Origin: Botryllus schlosseri | Taxonomy: Eukaryota | Direction of reading: 5' to 3' | NCBI GenBank assembly: GCA_051294905.1 | Contig: CM119378.1 | Location: 1,862,001-1,926,000, forward strand | Length of the DNA stretch: 64,000 nt | Part shown: positions 1 through 11,700 of the stretch, one piece after another | Numbering within the stretch: the stretch's first letter is position 1 | How the letters are laid out: every line of letters begins with the position of its first letter | Notes under the pieces: model-generated | What the model was told of the DNA's origin: nothing | Seen by the model: the letters and a program-made list of their open reading frames with translations, nothing else | The model's database searches: none | Made by a program: the position numbers and the translations under genes

Positions 1-222
1 ACTGGACTAGTACATGGTGAATTTGCAGTGGTTTAAGCTACTGCAAAGGACAATAAATCTTAGGCAATCGTACGATTAAGTATCCGAATTATACCACCGG
101 TGGTTCGCGCGCCACAGTTTGAGTACCACTGCGCTAGCGAGAAAAACTTTTACAGTGTACCAACATATAAATGTCGCAGGCACGCCGGGAATCTATATTT
201 CAACATGTCCGATGTATCTTAC

Positions 223-1190
223 CGACCGACGAATCGATAGAGTGCACTACGCCCGCAATCTCATGTCCGAAAACAGCCGGGAACGTGAAACCGGGTAGCG
301 ACGACACTGGCAAGACTTGACCGCCTCCGAGTAGAAGCTCGTCGTCCGCCATGTGTACATCTGAATGACATATCCCGCAAAACGTTGTCTGTGGAAAACG
401 AACCCGTTAAATGCAGAAGAGATCAAAGCAGCTAGCGTTGATGCTCAAGTAAAAGTAGAAAAAATGCCATGAATATTGACTCAATTACAAGTACAAGTAG
501 CAATTTTAAAGACATGTCAACACTATACTTCGAGAAGTGGTATCAAAAGAAGATGTAAAATATACTCAGGTATTCCAAAAGGTAGATTTGATGGAGGGGT
601 TACTTGCTTTTAGAATTTAATGTAGATGTGCCTTTGGAACGTAACCAATGTATCTATAACCAGATGCGATTGTCGATAATATGTCTATATCCAGTTACCA
701 TAATACAGGGTCCCTATCGGCCGGTTTATGCGATAATTTCGCTTGTTAAACTGATGCGAGCGTATCCCAAGACTACTTTTTACTTTACTAAATACAAAGT
801 GTAAAAAGTAAGTAGTTTTAAAGAGACATTTTCGCGTACAGAACTTTAATATACATTTAAGTAGTATATTCATTGCATAAATATATTGAAATACGGGAAT
901 ATATTTATGCAATGAATATAATACTTGATTGTAAGTAGCTTTGTGTGAAATACTGTTAAATAGAAATGGCAGTACTCTAAAAACATACCAACTCGAAGGA
1001 GTACTACAAGTAGGCAAAGCTACTTGAGTACTCCAAAAAGTAGAAGTACTTCGTTTCTGAATACCTCTTGTTAAACGGGTTAAGCATAGTTCACCTTTAC
1101 AACCAAGCCGCCAGCCGGGGGATCAGGCACTTTGTCGTACGATTTAATGACCATCTTCTCTTTAGGTGCGGGTATCTCGGCTCGCTTCAT
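223..1190 (-). CDS. Zn-dependent MDR alcohol dehydrogenase paralog C, first two coding exons (1095-1190, 223-388); gene continues off the left edge
   Basis: Hand translation: MKRAEIPAPKEKMVIKSYDKVPDPPAGGLVVK | TTFCGICHSDVHMADDELLLGGGQVLPVSSLPGFTFPAVFGHEIAGVVHSIDSSV. Contains the catalytic-Zn motifs CHSD and GHE. GT-AG introns fall at the same positions and phases (0, 1) as in paralogs A and B. Missed by the ORF track. Confidence 0.92.
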
Positions 1191-1942
1191 TCTTGTGGTA
1201 TTAAACAAGACTAAATAACAATCTGCTCGAATATCTGAGCACTTCCAAGGTTAGTTTCTCCGGAAAAGCATACCCAATGCTAATGCAATACCTTGCTATA
1301 CACTTACACACCACTTGGGCAAGATTGTATTGTGATATAGATGTCCGGTCGTGTATATATCTATATACACTCTTAGTGACGAATGTGTGTATTCACATCA
1401 TTGTAGCATCCTTTTGGGTCTGAAGACACACCCTATTCCCTAAAAGTGTACGTACTGTACACAGTACATGGCACGCATAACATAACGAGCGTATCGCGTA
1501 TCCAATTCATTTTTTTAACAGCCGATATTAATGCAAACTCCTCATTTAAATTATATTGTTATTTTATTATATGCTCAATGATCTAGCAATGAAAGGGAAT
1601 AAAAGCGACCAAATACGTAATTTCCGATGCCCTTTCGTAGCAGTACCGGCAGGTATAATATTTGATTATCTTATTGGCGAATATTTGTGAGTACGGTCTA
1701 CAATCTTACTTCGGTTGGTAATCATAGAGGGCTACTTTATAACATAATTATTTGCTCTTTTCACTTTCATATCAACTGTGGAAAGAATCTGATTACCTCC
1801 AAACATGTACGTACGATACCAACCTTAAAGACGTTTCCCCCGTCAATATCATGTAATGTCAGTTTGGCAATTATATAAAATGTCTCCGTTCATGACTTGC
1901 GTGGTTATTATGCATTTATTTCACGGTCGACGAAGTAAGTGA

Positions 1943-2010
1943 ACTCTCTCTCTCTCTCTCTCCATCTCTCTCTCTCTTTCTTTCTCTCTCTCCCTCTCTC
2001 CATATCTCTC
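1943..2010. repeat. (CT)n microsatellite, imperfect
   Basis: ctctctctctc run with interruptions. Confidence 0.9.
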
Positions 2011-2834
2011 TTTTCCTTACACCATACATTCCAGTGAAGAATAAAAGCAGTTTGAAGATTTCATGTAAGCATGAGCCCTCTTTCCCCAGTGAGCACCCGA
2101 TTGTAATGCATAATTACATGTACTTCGCGATAGGTGGGAACGTCGGTACGTGATTTTATAATCAAGATGGACGATTATTCGTTACGGCCGCTGCAGTCTA
2201 GGCACTCGATATCTTCGTTGGAAGTCCGTAGATTTACAGACAGACCAATTCCTCATTTGCATTCGAAATGGTGTCGATATTATTATCTCAATCTCTCCCA
2301 CTATTCCGCAAAGTCGGATAGTAGAAGTCTTAAGACTTTATGACCAAGTATAAGAATACTTTTTCTGCTGGTATTATGCTTCATATCTTCGTTTAACCAA
2401 CGGAGGCGCGTTTCGTGCGGTTGTAGCCTTGCGTTGAAATCTTGACTACAGATTTACGACATATATAGTTCAATTCTAAACGCTATTGCGGTATCAACCA
2501 GACTGAGTAACTTTATTGAATGAAGCGAATTTACTAGTCACACAAAAGCGGACAATGCATACGTTAAAATACAGAGAATGCGATGGATCCATGTGTACTT
2601 ATCACAAAATCACTGTGTTTTGTATGACGCGTTGGTAACTCGAACCCGTTCAGTATGGGAATCAACGCAACTAACATATTTTCAATAAAAATCTCAGTTT
2701 TAATAATTTATCAGTGAAAGACATCGCCTTGAGAATAGCTAATGGCTTCTGCACACAACCGCAAACATCATATTGAATCGGTGGGGGTCTGGCGTGCACA
2801 GTCGAGTCGAATTCACCGTACTTAGAGTGTACAC

Positions 2835-3441
2835 CAAGGGCAGGCAACATCTGCCCGCGGGCCAGATTCGGCCCGCGACGGGATTTTGTCCGGCCCGCGG
2901 ACAGTTTCCTGTCTTACATGATAATGTGGCCCGCGGTCCGCGGCTCCAGCCTACCGAGATTCCCCGCTACTTCTTAAACGTCAAATTTTAGTGACTGTAT
3001 GTTATTACATACGTGTGTGCGCAGCGTGCGAGAGTCGAGCTTACGCGTAAGTTCGTCGTAGCGAGAAGACTTGCATTATCGGCATTTACGATGTACTCAA
3101 CCCTAATGAAGTGATATCTTGGTACATTTGGGGTACCGGGCTTATCGAATGCCCGGAAATCTTCATTATGGATTGCACCGTGTGTTAATTGATCAGAGAG
3201 AAGCAGACACGGCGGCGGCTGTATGACAATGCTGTTCTCAAATCCACATTGTTTTCGTCATTATCGACGAGAAATGGCTTTGAAATGACATTGCTGTCGT
3301 TAAAATACCTTCACTAAATACGATTTATTCCTTGTATATGTGGATAAATGGGCGAATAATGCATAGATTCAGCATTCCGGCCCGCCAAGTACCTAATTTT
3401 CCTATATCCGTCCCGCCGACTGGAGAAGTTGCCCGCCCCTG
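2835..3441. mobile_element. Non-autonomous hAT-type element (same family as 35705-36508)
   Basis: Ends caagggcaggcaac ... gttgcccgcccctg; ggcccgcg subterminal repeats; degenerate 8-bp flanks gtgtacac/ctgtatac; shares 'ttcctgtcttacatgataatgtggcccgcgg' with ~35762. Confidence 0.75.
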
Positions 3442-4766
3442 CTGTATACTGTACAAATTCAAAAAGGTTTCGCAACTCACTCATCATAATTGAATGAAAA
3501 GTACTGCAATCATTTGTCTACTTGAGATATCGTGTATAGACGAAGATCTAGCTATATTAAGGTAGATGCGAACATTCTGTTGGTTCCCATGCTGTGTAGG
3601 CGAACCTCGACATTTCAAAGGTCCGTAATACGTATTTGCTAAGGTACTCTGGACGGTTCTACGCTGTGAAAACTTTTGTGCAAAGCATGATTTTACAGTA
3701 GCTTATTATAACATCCTTGATCAAAATTCACTGAATTGAACTTCCCATAACTATCTACATGACGATGGCTGTAAAGACAGGAACATGAACACCAGACTAA
3801 GATATAAAATAAATAAATATACAATTAAACAAGATGTGATGAACACCTGGTGGTGTCACACAGTGCTTATGCGCTTATTACTGATGTAATGAGAGTGAAG
3901 TATTTCTGTCTAACCTGTGAATGTATTGGTGGGGTATATCCAGTGGTAAGATTCGAGCTTTATTGTCAACCGATTTTATCACAAAACTTCAATTTTCCAA
4001 CCGGCTCCGAGACAAAAAGGGACATACCGAAACCAGTAAGCTAACCGGCTTAATTGTTCGAGAAGGTTCGACAGAACCGGTGATAACCGACTGAATCCAA
4101 CCATTGGTCACATCTGTGCTTGGAAATATATGAGATATCTTATCGATGCTGATTGTAGCCGAATTGTAATAAAAACCTATATGCTTTCCTCAAACGGTCA
4201 CCAGTCACTACAATATTCGCAAACTATGTAGTATTCGCGGAGTCCCGAATATACATTGCAACAAAAATTCCAAAGTCAAACTTCTCAAATTCCGACTCCG
4301 TCGGCCGCATTTGACGCAGTCGCTGTTTCGGACTGCGCAATACTTGCAATAAACACTATGCAAACAACCAGGAAATACGCACTTTTTTCACTTCCGGAAG
4401 ACTCATTTTGTAGTGTCCACAATAAAGAGTCGCGAGTCGATACCGCGAATTGATCAGGATGATCTGAGATCTGCAGCAGTTCCTGATTCCGCGATACCAC
4501 TGAATGGGTAAAAGGTGTTATCTCATTTCGAGATCGCCATCTGCATGTTGGATAAGATGCAATGCATAATACCACAAAGGCATATCTCAAGGCTGCCATC
4601 ATGCTTGATGCCAGATTTCAGTTTCTAGCATGCAGCCGGAAAAGCTGTTTGGGCATGTTTTCGTACTGTACGAAATGAATCACCGCCTTCTCCGACACTG
4701 CATGTGAAAACCTTGTGCCAAAATGATGTGTTCCTTCGTTTCATATATATCTCGCACCCTATATAG

Positions 4767-6866
4767 GGTTACATTTAAAACAAAAATCAATTTTAAACAA
4801 ACATGTTTAAAACAAGGCCCTTGCTTAAAACATTTTTAACACTAGAACTACCGGAACTTCGAACTACCTAGAACTACCTTGTGGCTTATTTGACGCATGA
4901 TGAATTTTCTTCGATTAACTGCATTCACCGGACCTAAAAATTAGCACAAATCTCAACAAACGGCATCAGAAACCATTGTTTATAGCACTTGCAATATTTT
5001 ACATACACCTCGGTGCAACACTTATATAACAAATCGCCGTTTTTTAGCGTAACATATAAGTGTTGTTTTCTGGTGCGCATTTGGTATTTGATCGGGCTCT
5101 TTAAAAATTTGGAGTAAATTCCAGATCCGTTCTAGCCACATCATCATTCTTGGTTATCGCTGAAATATCATAAAGCTTTTCAGATAAGATTTGCATAATG
5201 CAATCTCGCAACTAATCCTCGATTTGCATATTTTTATAGTAGCGGCAATTTGGCAAGTAGAAGATCATTCACATTCTAAGAAAACATGCACGGACCAACG
5301 TCAACTTGTTGGTACCCTCATAGAATACTGCCTTGCAACCTGGCCAATAATATCCCCCTGATTTTGTTTCGTTATAACATTTAACCGACACTTGTTTCTT
5401 GTTTGTGTTGTTTCCGAGGGAAATAGTTACCTCCGGTTGGAGTGAACTCAATATATATGTGTACAACTTCGATCTCTACACTGGCATCTCGCCGTTACGC
5501 TTAACAACAAGATGATAGCTTTGAAAAGTGTGGCTACATGAAGCTGCCTGTGTTCCTTCTGGTCCTGTCCTGGGTAGCTTCAAGCGACTTTTGACAATAG
5601 TGTCAACTGAGACTTCGTTTGCTTCTCCAAGCGTATACAGCCACATTCACGTAACATTGTTTCAAGATGGATTACATCAGACTCTTCACATTACTATGCT
5701 TGACAAATGTATAGATTATGGAAAAGATGTCCTGTCCTATCCTTGCCTAAATATGAGACGCCCTTGTACAGATACTTGCTAGCAGCAGCGTCCACCATCT
5801 GACATTTTACCCCAATTATTTGCTGGCATCACGACCATGTAATGAACGAAAACAATATTATTTTTGTCGAGTCCACACCTTTTTTTACTCCTGATGTCAA
5901 TAGAAAGCTCATGACTCCCATAAACCTGTTCCTCGAGAGGGCCTGACTAAACATAATGGATCCATGCCCTCAGTCCTCATATGCATTCAATTTACTAAAT
6001 TCAGCTCCCTCTCCCTCCAAAGATCCATCTCGTAGACCGGAGAAAAGGCCCTTTGCCCTTGTACAACCCTAGTATATTAGTATGGACAATACAGATGTCG
6101 GCATGGTCTAATGGTACACTTCAAATGTCATGTCCTGTAACACGCTTAGCTTCAGAAATATAATATTACAAAGCTTTGGTGACTCGGAACGAGGAAGATC
6201 CAGGGCCTTCTATTACAAGGGATGTTGTTGCTAACACAGTTAGACCAAGTCGATATTACAAAGTTCTGTTGTTACAAACGGCTTTTCTGCGTTTATCAGA
6301 TACATAACCACTTTCAAGAATATGAAACTGCGATGCCTGAAGGTAGAAAGACTGTCATGCGTCAAAAAAGTCACTCCGTAGTTCTAGGTAATTCTGTGTA
6401 TAACTTTTTTATTCGTACTAGATGAGTAATGAAAATCATAGGTAAGGTGGCCTCATAAAATAAATAAAAGTAGAGAAGTTTCAGCCGAAGAGCGTAAGAT
6501 TTGACTGAATGCCAGCTCTTCAAAAATGAAAATACGTCAAAAAAGCCACTTGATCGTTCTAGTGTTAAGCCACGACGTCACGAGTATTCAATTGTGACTT
6601 TATAGTGGATTGGCATTGACAATTGAAAATACAGGATGAATATAGCTCATTGGACGAAATATCTGCACTATTGCCGTTGAACCGACTATTTTGAGGTTTC
6701 CAACCATCCGCTATCGATATACGTCGGCTATATCGGGTGGTAATTGTCCGTAGGCTCATACAACATGTTTTTGGAAAGTATTACTGACAGATGGCACAAT
6801 TTTACAACTTGAAAAACACAATTTTTTTTTATAAAGGCCTTTGTTTAACACACTGTTTAAAACACC
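4767..6866. mobile_element. Repeat/MITE split by a piggyBac insertion; uninterrupted inverted copy at ~55905-56324
   Basis: 4767-4839 joined to 6565-6790 is colinear with the reverse complement of 55905-56324 (e.g. 'tatacgtcggctatatcgggtggtaat', 'gtccgtaggctcata'). Confidence 0.75.
4840..6564 (-). mobile_element. Decayed piggyBac DNA transposon
   Basis: TTAA TSDs at 4836-4839 and 6565-6568; termini CACTAGAAC...GTTCTAGTG; subterminal inverted repeats; minus-strand transposase remnants such as DAAASKYLYKGVSYLGK and YNETKSG, broken by stops and frameshifts. Confidence 0.85.
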
Positions 6867-8402
6867 TATACCCTATACCTTATACCCTATACCTTGATTC
6901 TGAAAGGCTACTACCCGACGCGCGTGAAGGAACTATAGGAACGCGAATTCCCAACCAGAGATACATTGGATCAGATATGTGATGATCATGTGAATTCCTT
7001 CGCGCATATCATATTTTCCGCTTCATTCCAAAGTCACCATCCCAGTATCAGCGTCGAGGAGTGTCCTCTAAGTAGTCGTACATCCACGCTCTCCCGAAAG
7101 TTTCAAAAGCGAACCCTATTTTCGTGATGGGGGTGAGTGATGTGATTTATAGACACTTTGTGGTGTCATAAAGTGTTGAGTAAATTTTTGGTATTATAGG
7201 ATGACTTCGTTTTATCGCTTCTGTTCATTCTGTAGTTGGTTATATCTGTGCTTGGAAGTACGTGTCATTTTTTCGCCAGAGTAGATTTTATACCCTACAA
7301 AGCTCTGGTTCGTTTATACACGAACGTGAACAAGGACACCTTACCTCATAATGGTAATTCCAACACATATCACTTTTTCCCTTCAAGTATGTCTATGTAT
7401 ATAAGATGTGCTGGAGTCAATAAATCAGAGTAATGCTGGATTGCTGGTGTCATTAGAAAGATGTCACACAGGACGATGTGACTGTATAAAAAATTTCTTT
7501 TTTCGTTTTTAATATCTTTTTGGTCAAATTTAAAGTGGATCCGGGGCTAAATGTCGGCCCACAAAGAATCCTTATCCGCTCTAATAAATCGTCCCAGCCC
7601 TGGAGCAATTTGGCAAGGTGGAACCTAAATATCATTTGCAGTTTCTTCAAGACTCTGCCACGGGGGGCGAATAAAGCTTATGATCTTATTCTCAGTGCGT
7701 TTGAGGGTCGAACACGGATCGACAATGTAGGATTGGCGATATATCATTTACAACTGGGAGTGCGTGTGAAATACCAAGCAAAATTGTTACCTATGCTTGC
7801 TTTATCTTATATATTGGTGTTTTATATACACAGTGCACCACCTTCCAAGGTTTGTTTGTGAACATGAACCTCTGAAATATCGATATTCACAGGTAAATAA
7901 GTTGGTCTGGTATAAATCTTTCGTTTTTGAAGACACGAGTTTGTATAGTATACTGGAACACGCCCTGCAAAGCCGAATGTTGCTTAAGCATGCCCGCGGG
8001 AGGGTTTAACATTGAGCAGAACGGATTATCGTGCAGACAAGAGCGGATTTTCGAGATTCGTCATAAATACTTGAATTTAGCTCTGCAAGATACCGGCATA
8101 ATGCACTCCACATGCGACTTAGCTGAATAGTATGATCAGGAGGTTGTTCGTTCGCCTAGAAGTGCTATTGCCACTAATGAAATCATTTGCTATAAACGAG
8201 TTGAATAATATATAAAATAATGGTATTTATGTGAATATGGATATTTTATTCAATTGCATACTGTAGTTCTTTACCTCCAAGAGTCTATTTAAATACGAAT
8301 CTTAGTTCAATATTTCGATAGATAGACGTTTGTTGGGTTCGTGTGTATTTGTCTCCATTCTCCATAGTCTCATTCGAGAAATCGTGTAGGTGTTAGAGGA
8401 CA

Positions 8403-8405
8403 AGA

Positions 8406-8454
<49 letters not shown>
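8403..8454. repeat. (GA)n microsatellite about 270 bp upstream of the ADH-A start codon
   Basis: Long gagaga run. Confidence 0.95.
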
Positions 8455-8457
<3 letters not shown>

Positions 8458-8725
8458 ATGGGAGAGAGAAAGAAAGTCTATTAAGCAAGGAACCAGGGAA
8501 GGAACATGAGTAAAGGATATTTAACGGGCAAAAACACGAAAGTGGTCGCACTGTAAACGAATAATTGTACTGCAATTGAGGTATGATTGGTAAACGACCA
8601 CATGCGCCAAACGTAACGACCCGTGACACAACTGGAGGTAATCATGCAGAAGACGTAATGAATGCGTGATTCTATATCCAATTTTACCATATCGCGTACT
8701 TTAAAGTGAAAAAAAAATCAGCAAT

Positions 8726-11700
8726 ATGAGACGCGCCACGTTGAAAGTGTCTGGCGCTGACGTAGTGATAGACGAGATCCCTATTCCTGAACCTCCTCCG
8801 AAAGGCGTGGTAGTAAAGGTCAGTTTTGCGCTATTCAATTTTTAACAATACATAGTTTTATGGGCCAATCCGTACTTACAATGGAAACCCGGATACTGAG
8901 CACCTGCATGCAATCTTCAATGCTGCAGCCTGCTGCAAAATCAACGGCCAATATCCCTGAGCTTATAGATGACATCATGTTTTCCGCTCTCAAACTGGTT
9001 CGCGCTATTAGCGGATATTGTGGGAATTGCGATATAATTTCGATCAGCTATGCGTGTCTTTCGATCAATGCCCGAGACCCAATTTGACCACTGATATCGT
9101 TACACTATGAATTCTTATTAAGAACAACATCATGGCAGCCGTGCCATATAAGGAAAGATGATGCATTTGGTCTCACATCACAGTGTAATCCTGGAAGGAT
9201 GCGCGTGATGGAATACTTATGCGGCCTATACTGATTCTCATATTACTTATAGCGTCTCGTGAGCTTATGTACGCTAGTGCGGAGCGGACCGACAAATTCT
9301 CTGGTGCGACGCCGATCCTGTTTTCCAATTCTCTGGTCCGTCTCCGGCCGTATCAGAAAAAGTACTGATCCGGCTCCGGCCAAAATTGAAAAAGTCCGGC
9401 CGGATATCCAATCCGGCTCCGGTCCATGCTCCGCGCTAATGTACGCTCTCACCATACGAGTTTATTTATTTCAAACACTGCTTAACGTTGCTTTTTAGAC
9501 CAAGTTCTGCGGCATCTGCCACTCCGATGCTCTGTGGTTGGAAAACGTGGTAAATGACAAAGAAAATCCTAATCACGAGTTCGCTTTTCCTCTGCCAATT
9601 ACCCTTGGACATGAAATTTCTGGAGAAGTTTACAAGATAGGCGAAGATGTCGGTGAGAATGAAGGAACCGATCTCATAATTATAAGAATGTTGTTCTGGT
9701 GTTTATTAGCAGACTATAGGATCACTCTGTAAAATTTTCGGCAGCAATTTACAGTAGATCGGCATCCAGATTACGAAATTTCCCCCCATCAACGATTCCC
9801 TCCGAACCCTGTCCCCTTTCCAAGCTTATTACATTTTAACAATTAACACTATCATAGATTCTGACTTGAAGATCGGGGATAACGTCTTTGTATATCCGTG
9901 GATCGGATGTCTGGACTGTGACGATTGCAGGAATGACCGCACGCAGATATGCAGCAAAGATGGAAATACTCTTGGATGGCAACACGGAGGAGGGTTTGTT
10001 GAATGTCAATAAAATCGCATGTCGCGTAGCTCCAGAAGTAGTCGGTAACGACGTACTCAAACAGGTTTTGCCTACTTTTCGTACTTGTACTTTGATATTG
10101 CGTACTTTCATTTTCTATACTTAACGCGAACTACTTTGGCCATCTCTGCTTAGTTTCATGCGTAGTAATCCGACACACCTCCCGGGCGTGCAGAAATGTC
10201 TTGAGTCAGGTAATCTTAATCGTCACGACTTAATCCGTCGCAATGGATTGTCTTCTTGCATACCTACTACGAAAACCTTTCTCAAATCGGAAAGATTGGG
10301 CGTTGGTTTATTCTGAAAGTAGAGTAACTCTAGAAAAAAGAGATCAGATACAATTGTTGCTACGCCAACGCCCCGCGAGAGTTGAACTTTGACATTGCTG
10401 TTGCCGATAACTCGTGAATAACGCCGTTCGCCAGCATTTGACCTTTTAATGAGGTGTTCAAGCGCCATCTACCGTTGCAAACATTGCAATGGCGACTGCT
10501 TTTATAATTCACGGATTAGCCACTGCCACGTCATCATCATCATCATTGGTTTATGAACAATTTTTACCAGTTCAATACACCACAAAATGCGATACAATGA
10601 AAAGATAGGAAGGTGTCAAAGCGACTAGGAGTAGTCTATGGAATCAGACACCCACCTTGGCCCTTGGGGGGCCACGAGACAGTTGCAGGGGGGCCACGAT
10701 AATGAAAGATTTTTCACCAACTTTTTCATTTGACTATTTTGAATTCGTGCTATTTTTTCGGTGTCGTGCAGTCTGCTGCGTAAGATCGGAACCACTGCAT
10801 CACAGTGGGTGCTTCGTACGTCACTGTTACGCTAACGCGTGAACTTTCAAATATGATCACAACTGTGGTAATGTCGAGGATCAGAGATGGCTGAATCTGG
10901 CATGCAGATAACGAAGACGGGGTCCTAGTTAGCGGTTGTACCTCCTCAGCAGGCTAGTTGTAGTTTCTCTATCACTCTCTGTCGGGAGTAAGGGGTTGGT
11001 ACGATATTAAACAATATGAGTAATGAATTTACGGTTCGACGATATCGAGTAAATATCTCGGGTCTACGAAAAAAACGCAGATCGCACCGTTCTAGGGCTA
11101 GTCTTTCCCGGAACGTGATGCCCGAAGAACTATATCAAAGGTACATTCATTGCAGCCCTGGGCAGGGTTTGCGAATGGTGGCCTACGGTGGATGTTCCCA
11201 GCTGGGCAATGTTACTGACTTGAACCTGTACCTGTGTGTTGTTCTGCCGTATGGGGTGGGCGGTATGCCGGTATGAAAATCATGCGGTATGCCGTACGTG
11301 AGAAATCTGTAATGCCGGTATCCCGTATAGTTGTATTAGGCTACGTCAAGATGTACGGATGGTGCTCCAGCGATGATTGGTGTCAAAGGGGGGTTCGTCA
11401 CGCTTGTGAAGAAAGAATGGCCCCACGTGACGTCACGGTAAGCAGGGAGCCACCGGTGGTAGAAGCCTGCGCAAGGGGGCCACGGGGAATAAAAGGTTGG
11501 GAACCACTGGCCTAGGCGATGTAAAGAGGAGGCATGCACACTGAATAAAAGTAAAGAAGATAGTATATAAAAAGAAAGCCACAAGTAATATAGGGCGGCA
11601 TGTCATGGGAAGCGAGATCGATAAGTCAGTCGTGGTCCGGTACAGACTTGGACAACTAGAAAATTTTTAGCTTCTCTAAATTAGATTAGAATTAGATTAC

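Noticed and set aside
4285..4602. 105-aa minus-strand ORF with a hydrophobic, signal-like N-terminus
   Set aside because: No recognisable domain; the nearest downstream acceptor I tested (~3664) gives an immediate stop in the required phase
8393..8629. ORF ending in an LSLSLS repeat
   Set aside because: Translation of the (GA)n microsatellite
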